Of a stretch of DNA of 64,000 bases, positions 40,506 through 50,309 are shown piece after piece (the stretch's first letter is position 1; each line of letters begins with the position of its first letter). The notes under the pieces were generated by a model that saw nothing but the letters and a program-made list of their open reading frames with translations, did not search any database and was not told the DNA's origin. The translations under genes were made by a program, and so were the position numbers. This DNA comes from Candidatus Poribacteria bacterium (GTDB taxonomy: Bacteria; Poribacteria; WGA-4E; WGA-3G), in the NCBI GenBank assembly GCA_965198235.1, contig OZ240248.1:1056001-1120000 (forward strand), in the 5' to 3' direction.

Positions 40506-41371
40506 TTACGCTATCTCCACAGAGGGACCACAAGCAGCCCTCAATATGTTTATCGCAGCGTTGACATCCCTATCGTGGTGAGAACCACATTCAGGACACG
40601 TCCACTGCCTATCCGAAAGTGAAACATTGTTATTGTGATGTCCGCAATCTGAGCAAGGTTTCGTCGTCGCAGTCCACTGTCCGACTTGAAAGAACTCACG
40701 ATTGTGTTTGAAACACTTGAAATCCAATATCTCAACAAACTGGTAAAAGGCGAGGTCAGAGACTTTCCGTCCCCAGAGCCGTTTCATCGCCTCAAGGTTC
40801 AACGTCTCGGTGGCGATGGTATCAAAAGGAAATTAAGGATTTGGAGATACCGGACTTCACCTTCCCAGTCGCGATGGTGATGATACAGGATATTGCGACG
40901 GACAAAGACGAACTTCTGTTTATCTGCGTCCCATTCCTTAAAGGACAGGCGAACCGTGCCTTTGGGAATCGGAGACACTTTTTCGTCTACGGGCTCCCTC
41001 CAAATCGTGTATCCCGTTTGAAACTTCGCAGAGCGGTATTTGCCACGTTTTTTGAACTTCGGGGGACCGACACGTCTGCCACGTCTACCGTTTTCAATCC
41101 AATCAAAGAACCGTTGGTAAGCGATATGGATACGGATAATCACTTGATCAAGCGTATCTCGCGGGATCCACGCCCAGTGTTGCTTCGTGCGTTGGAGCAA
41201 CTTCGTCAAGTGTGGTTGCAAACGATACCGACCAGCGTATTTGCCATAGATACGGTAGTATCGCTTCTCCAATGCTAAGAAATGGTTATGCACATCGCCA
41301 AGATCATCAAGCAGATTACCCAAGCGTATATTCTGTGGGTGATTGCGTATCTTTTCTTTATGGGTTCTCAT
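40506..41371 (-). pseudogene. tnpB: TnpB RNA-guided nuclease with internal deletion and frameshift
   Basis: N-part ...GPPKFKKRGKYRS; C-part TETLNLEAM...CSDCG...WTCPECGSHHDRDVNAAINI. The RuvC-I and bridge-helix segment is missing at about 40830-40840. Confidence 0.85.
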
Positions 41372-41469
41372 GGATTCTCACGTATCACGCCTTTAACCCC
41401 TGTATAGTGGGTAGGCAGACACGTTACCAAGCGGTAACGCTATACATGTCTGCCTAACGTGATATTCTA

Positions 41470-41498
41470 ATTATATTACAATTGGGGCTGACAGTCAA
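41470..41498 (-). promoter_or_regulatory. tnpB promoter
   Basis: TTGACT-17 bp-TATAAT on the minus strand inside the element left end. Confidence 0.65.
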
Positions 41499-41745
41499 AT
41501 ATTTTTGACGTTTTGGCCCTTTCCAAAAGGGAAACCTATTTTCCTCCCACAGCTGAAGCAGTGGGTCTCCAATCCATATATTCTGATGAAATTTGATAGA
41601 GTTTATCACGATGTCCTGAATTTGTCAAATGCAACTTAACAAGGTTGCTGCATCATAACAGGCTACAACGCTTGTATATCTAAAAAAAAATGCCATAAGT
41701 TTATTTTTTTGTAACCGTTCTGTAAATAGGAACGTTATTCAAAAT

Positions 41746-42066
41746 ATGAGTAATTCTATGAGTAATTCTATTTCTTTATGGACTGAAGCAATGCGGAATG
41801 GATCACTTCAATCCTTTGCTAAAATTAATCCCCTTGTTGGGTTACCTCCGAAGACTTTGCGTTTGTATAGCGTGCTGGGGGTTTTTAAAAAGGAATATTG
41901 TTCTGGTGAAGAACCGGGGTGGTTTCGCGTACCAGAATCCGACCAGCGTCTTAAGAACATCGGGTTTTCTAAGCGGAGTCTTAGGAGCGCGTTACAAGAG
42001 CTGGTCCAAGTAGATTTGTTGCAAATCCGCACCGAACAAGGTACACGGTGGTATTCCCTAAAATAG
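41746..42066 (+). CDS. Hypothetical protein, probable winged helix-turn-helix
   Basis: GFSKRSLRSALQELVQVDLL followed by a beta-hairpin; 12-bp duplication ATGAGTAATTCT at the start. Confidence 0.55.
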   Translation: MSNSMSNSISLWTEAMRNGSLQSFAKINPLVGLPPKTLRLYSVLGVFKKEYCSGEEPGWFRVPESDQRLKNIGFSKRSLRSALQELVQVDLLQIRTEQGTRWYSLK

Positions 42067-42067
42067 C

Positions 42068-42739
42068 ATGCGAACGCGCGAATCCGTTTTAAAAATCTCG
42101 CGTCTGATATTAGCCTCTGCATCCCCTCGCCGTGCCGCTCTGTTATCACAGATTGGGCTAACGTTTGAGGTACGTCCAAGTGATGTTGTGGAACCACCGC
42201 TCAACGTGCATGTAGGAGGGGAAATCCGCAGAGGAAACACCCTATCAAAAACCCCAAGCAAAAACCCCAAGCAAAAACACCCCGATGCCGCCAGTCAGGT
42301 GACACAAAAACTTGCCTTGCTGAAGGCAGCAGATGTTGCACAGCACTTTGATGAAGCTATAATTATCGGTGCAGATACTTTGGTATCCCTCGATGGGAAA
42401 CTTCTCGGTAAACCGACTGACGATGCAGATGCATTCGAGATGTTGACACACCTTAGCGGCACCTGCCATGAGGTTGTTACAGGTGTAGCCTTAGTTGACG
42501 CGAGGACAGGACGTGAAATCGTCTGGGCAGAAACAACACAGGTTTATTTTCGGGAGTTGCATAGTACCGAGATAGATGCCTATATTGCGAGCGGAGAAGC
42601 ATCAGATAAGGCTGGCGCATACGGGATTCAAGGACAGGGTGCGGCTTTCGTTCGGCGTATTGAGGGATGCTATTTTAATGTTGTTGGGCTTCCGTTAGCG
42701 AGCCTCGTTGAACGCCTATCCAATTTTCAATTTTTCTAA
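42068..42739 (+). CDS. maf: Maf family nucleoside triphosphate pyrophosphatase with in-frame repeat insertion
   Basis: LILASASPRR, IGADT, LGKP, DKAGAYGIQ, NVVGLP. Confidence 0.95.
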   Translation: MRTRESVLKISRLILASASPRRAALLSQIGLTFEVRPSDVVEPPLNVHVGGEIRRGNTLSKTPSKNPKQKHPDAASQVTQKLALLKAADVAQHFDEAIIIGADTLVSLDGKLLGKPTDDADAFEMLTHLSGTCHEVVTGVALVDARTGREIVWAETTQVYFRELHSTEIDAYIASGEASDKAGAYGIQGQGAAFVRRIEGCYFNVVGLPLASLVERLSNFQFF

Positions 42740-42975
42740 TTATTAGGTTTTCGCTCTGCTCTCCATTCCATTACGAGCAGGTTTTGGTTAATCCATGACC
42801 GATTTTGGAAGTCTGTATGTTCTTTAATACGTAACTGCGAGCCCGTAATGAAATGGAGGGCGGATTTAAAAAACGCACGTAGAAGATTCAGATTCATGTT
42901 GTTTCTCCGCAAGGTATAATTAAAAAAAATTACACGCCTACCGAGGGCTACACTGAAATTGTAACGCCCGGCGAA

Positions 42976-43581
42976 ATGGGCATCACGAAACTCCATTTCG
43001 GAATTCTTAATCTTACCCCCGAGGCAACTTTTTTTCACCATTCTGATGATACTGAAGTCGCGTTGATTGCGTTAGGTGGACATTGCACCTTGCTGGTGGG
43101 ACATAACGGGAACAAAGCGTACGGGGTGTTGGGCGAGCGTCCAGACGTTTTTCACGGCGAGGCGTGTGTGGCACATATTCCACATCACACCACTTATGAA
43201 GTGCTTGCAGGCGAAGCGGGAATTGAAGTCGCAATTTGCAAAGTACCATCCTATGCCGAATCCGCTGCAATTATTTTAGAAGCAGGGGAGACAGTCGATG
43301 AAGGTGAGACACACCTCAGGATATGGGAAAGTGCCTTATCGGGAGAGGCAAATGTAAGGGCAAGGGACGCGCACATGAGGCTTGCGGGAGAGGAAGCAAT
43401 CTGTCTGCACAGGTTCCGAGATGCCGATGGTGTTGCTACTTTCGATATCACGCGCACCGTAGAGACGGTACGCGTGCGATTGTATCACAACGATGTGTTA
43501 GCGGTTCCAGAACACGATAGCATTGTGGCATTGACTTCCGAAGGGGTTGGCTACCAGTTGTGGGTACAGCCAGATTTCTAG
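42976..43581 (+). CDS. IolB-like cupin protein
   Basis: EVALIALGGHC, LGERPDVF resemble the 5-deoxyglucuronate isomerase N-terminus; shorter than a full IolB. Confidence 0.5.
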   Translation: MGITKLHFGILNLTPEATFFHHSDDTEVALIALGGHCTLLVGHNGNKAYGVLGERPDVFHGEACVAHIPHHTTYEVLAGEAGIEVAICKVPSYAESAAIILEAGETVDEGETHLRIWESALSGEANVRARDAHMRLAGEEAICLHRFRDADGVATFDITRTVETVRVRLYHNDVLAVPEHDSIVALTSEGVGYQLWVQPDF

Positions 43582-43912
43582 GGAGACCAGATACTTATTT
43601 CTAACTATGAGCCTCTGGGCTGCCCTCCATTACATTTCGGGCAGGTTTCTGGTAAAGTAAAAAACCTGCTTTAGGTTTGAAAAGGATTTAGACTTAACCG
43701 AAAACCATCGTGAAACGAAGTGGAACGATGCCCAGATTCTAATAACCTAAGTTGCGACCTTGTAGCAGAACCTTTTAGGTTGTGCCTTTTCACACCGAAA
43801 ATGACACGAAACACTCCAAATTTTTCAAAAAAATGAACGTTTCTCGCTGAAAAACGGTGTCCGTGGGTCTAAAATCTTGTAAGCAGCAACTTGGGTTCTA
43901 ATAGTTAAAAAA

Positions 43913-44215
43913 CTATTCACCTTCAATGAGTTCGCCGCCCTTTTTGAGAAAGGCGACAGCACTCTGCGAGATTTGAACCTTTACCTCTTGGCTATTCACT
44001 TCTCCAACAGTGATGAGGATAATATTCTTATCATTGCTAAGTCCAAGAATTTTGCCGTGCAACCCGCCATTCGTTACGATTTCATCGCCTTTGGTCAGAT
44101 TCTCCAGCATATTCTGATGTTTTTTGCGTTTGGCTTGTTCGGGTCGCCATAGTAAGAAATACATGATGGCACCCATCGCGATGAACGGAACAAGCAAACC
44201 TGTTATCTGGTCCAT
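43913..44215 (-). CDS. yajC: Preprotein translocase subunit YajC
   Basis: MYFLLWRPE...LTKGDEIVTNGGLHGKI. Confidence 0.95.
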   Translation of the reverse strand: MDQITGLLVPFIAMGAIMYFLLWRPEQAKRKKHQNMLENLTKGDEIVTNGGLHGKILGLSNDKNIILITVGEVNSQEVKVQISQSAVAFLKKGGELIEGE

Positions 44216-44249
44216 AAAGTGTCTCCTTCTCTTCTGACGTAACTTGCTT

Positions 44250-44276
44250 GTAGGGGCTGGGTTACCCAGCCCCTAC
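44250..44276. repeat. GTAG-type REP palindrome
   Basis: GTAGGGGCTGGG-TTA-CCCAGCCCCTAC perfect stem. Confidence 0.8.
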
Positions 44277-44289
44277 TGCTGTTAAAAAA

Positions 44290-45318
44290 TCAAAGAATCA
44301 GCATGGCATCGCCATAACTATAAAAACGGTAATTATGTTGGAGTGCCTCTTGGTAAGCCTGCTGAATCAGGGCCTTTCCAGCAAAGGCGCTCACGAGCAT
44401 AAGTAGGGTTGATTTGGGTAGATGGAAGTTGGTGACCAACGCATCTACTGCATTAAATCGGTGCCCGGGATAGATAAAAAGTTCACTATAGCCGCTATAA
44501 GGATGAACAGTGCCTGTCGTGCCTGCGGTTTCCAAGGATCGCACGACTGTGGTCCCGATAGCAACGGTTTTTCTTCCTGTCTTCCGCGCTGTGCGGATCC
44601 GGTTCGCTTCTGTTTCGGCGAGGTGGATATATTCGGCATGCATCTTGTGTGTCTGAATATTTTCCACTTTCACCGGTTGGAACGTTCCAGGTCCAACATG
44701 TAGCGTTAGCATCGCTATTTCTATCCCGCTGTTTTTCAATTCCTCCAACAATTCTTGTGTGAAATGCAGACCTGCCGTGGGGGCTGCGATTGCACCTTCC
44801 GTAGCTGCATAGACTGACTGATAGCGAACCTTATCTTCAGCGTTCGGTGGACGGCGAATATAAGGAGGCAAAGGCATCATACCCACATCTGCAAGAATGG
44901 CTGAAAACTCACCGTTATAGTCGAAACGGACGATGCAGTGTCCGTCATCCGGTTTCGCGAGGACCTCTGCTGTTAGGTCACTGTTACCGAATACAATCTG
45001 TGTGCCGATTCGGAGGCTCCGCCGCGGCTTGGCGAGCACTTCCCATGTGTCTGGCTCTGTTTCATGGATGAGAAGCAGTTCTATCTTTCCGCCAGTTCCG
45101 CTTTTGCTACCGATTAACCGTGCAGGGATTACCTTCGTGTCGTTCAGAACTAACAACGCAGCGTTGGGTAAGTATTCTCCAATCTGCGAAAACTGAGTGT
45201 GGTGAAAAGCACAAGTGTCGCGGTCAACTACCAAGAGTCGTGACGCATCACGCTGTTGAAGTGGGCTTTGCGCGATCCGATCGGAAGGTAGATGGTAGTC
45301 AAAATCTGTGAGTTTCAT
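44290..45318 (-). CDS. queA: S-adenosylmethionine:tRNA ribosyltransferase-isomerase
   Basis: DFDYHLP, PLPPYI, AAPTAGLHF, YRFYSYGDAMLI. Confidence 0.97.
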   Translation of the reverse strand: MKLTDFDYHLPSDRIAQSPLQQRDASRLLVVDRDTCAFHHTQFSQIGEYLPNAALLVLNDTKVIPARLIGSKSGTGGKIELLLIHETEPDTWEVLAKPRRSLRIGTQIVFGNSDLTAEVLAKPDDGHCIVRFDYNGEFSAILADVGMMPLPPYIRRPPNAEDKVRYQSVYAATEGAIAAPTAGLHFTQELLEELKNSGIEIAMLTLHVGPGTFQPVKVENIQTHKMHAEYIHLAETEANRIRTARKTGRKTVAIGTTVVRSLETAGTTGTVHPYSGYSELFIYPGHRFNAVDALVTNFHLPKSTLLMLVSAFAGKALIQQAYQEALQHNYRFYSYGDAMLIL

Positions 45319-45383
45319 AACTGTGTGCAGCGGAAACGCCCAAGCAAAACACCTCGTCGGTAAAATAGATGGACGATTTGCAA

Positions 45384-46409
45384 CTAATAGAACAGCGATG
45401 TTTGGGACCCTATAGGATAGTCGAAGTACTCATGGGCGGCATCGGTTGCGACGCGTCCGCCTGGTGTTAGCATCAAAAATCCCTCTTTGATGTAGTAAGG
45501 TTCGTAAACCTCTGCGATAGTGCGTTCGTCCTCACTCAGGGCGACAGCGAGTGCCTTGAGTCCCGCACGTCCATTGAATTTTTCAATAAGTGTCTGAAAA
45601 TAAGCGTAGTCTTGTGCGTTGAGTCCGCGTTCATCAATGTCAAAGAATTTGAGTGCCGCTTCCACAACCCCAAGCGAGAGAGAGCCGTCTGCTTCGACTT
45701 GGGCATAGTCCCTAACGTTAGCGAGCAGTTTGTTTGCAATTCGCATCGTGCCGCGCGAGCGGCAGGCTAATATGTATTCTGCATCTTCGTCGATATTAAC
45801 GTTGAGTTTTGCACTGTTAATGCGTATAGCCTGCTGGATGTCTTTTGCTTCGTAGTAATTGAGATGGATGCGGATGCCGAACCTGTCGCGAAAAGGACCG
45901 GAAAGCAAACCTTCGCGTGTTGTCGCACCAATGAGTGTAAATTGCTTAAGAGACATTTGCACGACATCTGATGCGGGACCTTGACCAATGGCTATATCCA
46001 ATTGATAATCCTCCATCGCAGGATAGAGCAATTCTTGAACATACCCTTTCATCCGGTGAATTTCATCAATAAACAGAATATCGCTCTGCTCAAGGTTCAT
46101 CAAGGTTGAGGCGAGGTCAAGTTTCTCCATGACGGGACCGATCGCTTGTTTATAGTTGCTCTGAATTTCATTGGCGATGATCCTTGCAAGTGTGGTCTTC
46201 CCAAGCCCTGGTGGGCCAACAAGCAGCACATGCTCAAGCGCGTCCCCGCGCTTTTTGGCAGCTTCAATATGGATACGGAGCTGTTCTTTCGCTTTTTCCT
46301 GTCCGATAAATTCGTTCAGTGTTTCCGGACGGAGACTATATCCAAAGCCCTCTTCTTCTTCTGCCAAATCTTGCATCCGGTCGAAATCTGGTTTTTCGTG
46401 ATTATCCAT
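45384..46409 (-). CDS. ruvB: Holliday junction helicase RuvB
   Basis: LRPETLNEFIGQ, GPPGLGKTT, FIDEIHR, LIGATTR. Confidence 0.97.
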   Translation of the reverse strand: MDNHEKPDFDRMQDLAEEEEGFGYSLRPETLNEFIGQEKAKEQLRIHIEAAKKRGDALEHVLLVGPPGLGKTTLARIIANEIQSNYKQAIGPVMEKLDLASTLMNLEQSDILFIDEIHRMKGYVQELLYPAMEDYQLDIAIGQGPASDVVQMSLKQFTLIGATTREGLLSGPFRDRFGIRIHLNYYEAKDIQQAIRINSAKLNVNIDEDAEYILACRSRGTMRIANKLLANVRDYAQVEADGSLSLGVVEAALKFFDIDERGLNAQDYAYFQTLIEKFNGRAGLKALAVALSEDERTIAEVYEPYYIKEGFLMLTPGGRVATDAAHEYFDYPIGSQTSLFY

Positions 46410-46554
46410 TTTTGGGTCCTAACACGGGAGTTTCAAGAGCGTTTTCGTTTTGAGATCTGCTTTGCCAACTTGGAAAAATTTGTTTATCAAGGAAGCCATT
46501 GCGAAAACGTCGCCTTTCTAACCATATCCCCATAGTTAGAAAATCGTTAAAAAA

Positions 46555-47157
46555 CTAATTTCGGATATATCGAAGTGCTTGCGCGATTAGGTTTTCCCGT
46601 TGTGCAGACTCACCGAGAACTTGTTGTGCCTTATCGACGGCTTGTTCTGCTTCAAGTTCCGATGCCCCAAGATTATTGACGAGGATTCTGATTGCCTCTG
46701 CATCTGGAGCTCCAGTGGATTTTCCGAGGTCAACATCACCTTCGAGTTTCATTTTCATAATGTTCTTTTTGAGTTTAGTGATGATGATTTGGGCGATGTC
46801 TTTGCTTAAGCGTGGAACCCGCATGAGGGTTGTTGCATCTCCGCGGTGCACAGCACTCTGGAATTGTGAAGGTGACAGCCTCGCGACGATGTTTTGTGCG
46901 AGTGCTGGTCCTACACCGGAGACAGTCAGAGCCAATTCAAAAACTTTAAGGGCATCTTTTGACGTGAACCCGTAGAGCGTAATTTTGTTTTCGCGGTTTT
47001 GATGATAGTATGTATAAAGGATAACAGTATCACCTATAGGGGGTAAGTCCGTTACGGTCCTCGGGGGCACGTTGATACTATACCCAATGCCGTTTACATC
47101 TACAACAATCTGTGTTGTTTCTTTATCTGCGAGAACCCCTTTGATATAAGAAATCAT
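46555..47157 (-). CDS. ruvA: Holliday junction DNA-binding protein RuvA
   Basis: MISYIKG, VNGIGY, LYGF, VSGVGP. Confidence 0.95.
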   Translation of the reverse strand: MISYIKGVLADKETTQIVVDVNGIGYSINVPPRTVTDLPPIGDTVILYTYYHQNRENKITLYGFTSKDALKVFELALTVSGVGPALAQNIVARLSPSQFQSAVHRGDATTLMRVPRLSKDIAQIIITKLKKNIMKMKLEGDVDLGKSTGAPDAEAIRILVNNLGASELEAEQAVDKAQQVLGESAQRENLIAQALRYIRN

Positions 47158-47190
47158 CCTGACATTCCTTTAGACAGTTGTAATCAATTG

Positions 47191-47691
47191 TTATTGAATA
47201 TATTTTTCACGGAGTTTAAGGACTTTATAGGAACGGGCATGGCATAGTGCGAGCGCAAGGGCATCTGCTGCGTGGTCAGGGCGAGGTGGTTCCTTGAGTT
47301 TAAGCAGTGCTTGTGCCATCTTCTGCATCTGGGATTTTGTGGCTTTTCCGTAACCAACAACTGCCTGTTTGACTTGGGTCGGTGTATACACAGTAACGGA
47401 GCAGTCCGCATTCGCGGCTGCAAGTTTCACGATACCTTTAACTTCACCTACGGCGAACGCACTGCTTATATTTTTACTAAAGAAAATATCCTCAAGCACT
47501 ATACTCTCGATAGCGAATTTGGCAATCAGATCAGTTACGGCATCGTAAATTTGTTTCAACCGTACCTCCGACGCTGTTTTGGGGCTGGTTCTGATATTTC
47601 CGAAACCCCGCGAAGTGAGCCGATTCGCGTGAACTTCAACCACGCCGTATCCAGTATTCGCAATGCCCGGGTCGATGCCAAGAATTATCAC
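47191..47691 (-). CDS. ruvC: Crossover junction endodeoxyribonuclease RuvC
   Basis: ILGIDPG, YTPTQVKQAVVGYG, PDHAADALA. Confidence 0.97.
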   Translation of the reverse strand: MIILGIDPGIANTGYGVVEVHANRLTSRGFGNIRTSPKTASEVRLKQIYDAVTDLIAKFAIESIVLEDIFFSKNISSAFAVGEVKGIVKLAAANADCSVTVYTPTQVKQAVVGYGKATKSQMQKMAQALLKLKEPPRPDHAADALALALCHARSYKVLKLREKYIQ

Positions 47692-47823
47692 TTTTTGTTT
47701 TTCACGTTGTAGGGCGAAGCTTACAAGTCCATATTCAAAGGCGCAAGCCGAAACTTGCTGTTAAAAACTCGCTGTAATATGTCTGCCCGAATGGACTGGA
47801 GAGTCGCGAGTTATGTGCAGCAG

Positions 47824-48570
47824 CTAAGCTGCAGCTTCTAAGAGGTTATCGGGGATATCGAAATTGGCGTAGACTTTCTGTACATCATCGAGTTCGTCAA
47901 GGGCGTCCATAAGGCGAATCATCCGTTCCGCTTCTTTCCCATCAAGCTTCACGGTATTTTGCGGAATCATACTAATTTCAGCGAGTTGGATTTCAGCGGA
48001 TGTTTCCTGGATTGCCGTTAAAACACCATCGAACATCTCAAACGGTGTGATTACTTCCATACCTGTTTCGGAGGCAATTACATCTTCAGCACTAGCTTCA
48101 GCCGCGATCAAAAACAGTTCTTCTTCATTAATACTATCAGGCGTAACGACGATCAATCCGCATTTATCAAAGCCCCATGCGACGCATCCACGCTCTCCGA
48201 TTCTTCCTTCGTGTTTGGTGAAAGCGTGTCGAATCTCTGCAACCGCCCGATTGCGGTTGTCGGTCAAAACTTCTATCATTACTGCGACACCCCCAGGTCC
48301 GTAGCCCTCATAGAGGATTTCCTCGTAGGTTTCGCCCTCAAGTTCACCGGTGCCTCGAAGTATAGCTTTCTCAATGTTATCGTTAGGGACGTTGCTTGAT
48401 TTTGCTGCTGCAATTGCAGTGCGAAGTCTTGGGTTCATGTCCATATCGCGGCCACCGACGCGTGCTGCTGCGGTAATCTCTTTCACCAACTTTGAGAAGA
48501 GTTTGCCGCGTCTGGAATCGTTTGCTGCTTTTTTATGTTTAATTGTTGACCATTTGGAGTGTCCTGACAT
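47824..48570 (-). CDS. yebC: YebC/PmpR family protein
   Basis: [38 protein letters not shown]. Confidence 0.97.
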   Translation of the reverse strand: MSGHSKWSTIKHKKAANDSRRGKLFSKLVKEITAAARVGGRDMDMNPRLRTAIAAAKSSNVPNDNIEKAILRGTGELEGETYEEILYEGYGPGGVAVMIEVLTDNRNRAVAEIRHAFTKHEGRIGERGCVAWGFDKCGLIVVTPDSINEEELFLIAAEASAEDVIASETGMEVITPFEMFDGVLTAIQETSAEIQLAEISMIPQNTVKLDGKEAERMIRLMDALDELDDVQKVYANFDIPDNLLEAAA

Positions 48571-48808
48571 AGCCTGTGTCCTTTCTGTTCTGGTTGAGTT
48601 AGTATACCATGAAAAGAAAAAAGATACAACGTAAATCTGCGCTGCGCACAGATTTATGGTTTCCTTGAACTCGTGATGAAGGCAAACCTCATCGGACAGA
48701 CAGTCGACAGCTCCCTCGTTAACTATCTATATATTTTTGGTTGGACAAAACTCGAAATCTATGATAAACTTGTTACATCCTTCATTTAAGGAGTCTGTAT
48801 AGGTTGCT

Positions 48809-49591
48809 ATGTTACCTTTTATTTTGAAAATCGCAGACCAACCGGTAGAGCGTCTACAGCGTATCAATGATGAAAACCAGTCGATTGATGTCGACGTGCA
48901 GGTGGAGCTTTACTCACGGGAAATTGACCGTGCCGATATAGAGCGGACATCGCAGCCTCGGCGGTTGAGTCAGTTAATCTTGCATGAAGCTACAGAGAAC
49001 GCTTATACGACTTTTATTGCGTTCCTCCGGGATAGCGCGGAGCCGGAGGCTTTTCTACCGTTTGAACGCCTCTCTCAACACCCTTGTCGACAATATGCGT
49101 TGATTCTCTCAGCGTCCCGTTCTCATGAACTCTTTGAAATCTGCCAGATGCAACCTGACACCAGTCCTTCTATCCTGCACTACGGAGGCTATGAAATAGC
49201 AATCAAACCGCGCAGATACATTTTGGATACAGCGGCTTATTTGGTAGCACCGGATAAATATACGCTTTTTATACGACAGGTGCGGGAAGATGACACAATT
49301 CGGGTCTACCGTAGCGATTTTATCAATCTTACTCGAAATTCACCGCCGCCGTTTAAACTGGATACCCGCGATATAATTGAAAATGTACAATTGGAACTCG
49401 TGGGAGAACGGGGGCAGGCTTTGCCAATAGAGCAATTGCTCATGTTTCCACCGAGTACCGAAGAGGCGAACTCCCTTCGCCTTATGAAATGTCCTGAGTG
49501 TGGCGGGCGTGTGCGCCAACTCGGCAGAGAAGGCATTTTCTGCCTTGAGTGTGATTGGGATAACCTACCACCTCTGAAACATCCACGATGA
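48809..49591 (+). CDS. Hypothetical protein with C-terminal zinc ribbon
   Basis: AAGGAG RBS; CPECGG...FCLECDW. Confidence 0.7.
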   Translation: MLPFILKIADQPVERLQRINDENQSIDVDVQVELYSREIDRADIERTSQPRRLSQLILHEATENAYTTFIAFLRDSAEPEAFLPFERLSQHPCRQYALILSASRSHELFEICQMQPDTSPSILHYGGYEIAIKPRRYILDTAAYLVAPDKYTLFIRQVREDDTIRVYRSDFINLTRNSPPPFKLDTRDIIENVQLELVGERGQALPIEQLLMFPPSTEEANSLRLMKCPECGGRVRQLGREGIFCLECDWDNLPPLKHPR

Positions 49592-49691
49592 TATAACGCT
49601 GAAGCGTGGACTAAAATTTGCTGGATTTATCGGGTTATAGTAGGCGCGTCTTTCCAGTCAATTCCGCAGTAAAGATGGGCGCTCTTGTTTT

Positions 49692-50309
49692 CTAACTTTG
49701 ACCCCCAAGTTTTGCCATATACAAAATGAATACCGTGTTGCCAACAGCGAGCACTGCGCCGACGACGGTTTGGAGAAGTGTGTGTCGTTTTCGGTAAACC
49801 CGCGCCCAAGCAATCAGCGGAGTCAGCAGAAATAGCCAACCGAATTGTGGATTGACGAGCATGACGAGAACGGTAACACATCCAGTAGCGACACTGCTGT
49901 GAAAGCTTATTTTCCAGATCGGGGTAATTGCAGAAAAAATAAGGCTATTTACAATGTAAGCGATGCCTGCCCAGACGATTTCCCGCGCCGCACCCAGCTG
50001 ATGCAGCAGGACAGTACCTACAACCATGCTGACAAGCGTGCAGCATAAAGGTAGGAGTCGTTCTTCCCTATTATGCAAGTGCAGATTGCTTACTTTAGCA
50101 TACCGGGCCATCACCGCAATTGAAAGTACTGGCAGCACGGTAACAAATAGGACAACAATTGCCAACCAGCGGAGTACGTTTTGGGGAGCCGCATGTTTTT
50201 GGATAACGCCAATAGCGGTTGCGATTGGGACCAAAAATGGGCTGAAAAGAACAGAGGTACCCCACGCGATGCGCGCCGGAATTGTCGATAAATCGCTACG
50301 CTCCATCAA
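49692..50309 (-). CDS. PAP2-like membrane protein
   Basis: WKISFHS, WARVYRKRHTLLQTVVG. Confidence 0.75.
   Translation of the reverse strand: MMERSDLSTIPARIAWGTSVLFSPFLVPIATAIGVIQKHAAPQNVLRWLAIVVLFVTVLPVLSIAVMARYAKVSNLHLHNREERLLPLCCTLVSMVVGTVLLHQLGAAREIVWAGIAYIVNSLIFSAITPIWKISFHSSVATGCVTVLVMLVNPQFGWLFLLTPLIAWARVYRKRHTLLQTVVGAVLAVGNTVFILYMAKLGGQS

Larger units (their letters stand above)
40441..41585 (-). mobile_element. IS200/IS605 (IS1341-type, tnpB-only) element, degenerate
   Basis: End hairpins CTGCCTAAAGGCAG and CCCACAGCTGAAGCAGTGGG; flanked by ATGAA (TTCAT on the element strand); tnpB remnants inside. Confidence 0.85.
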
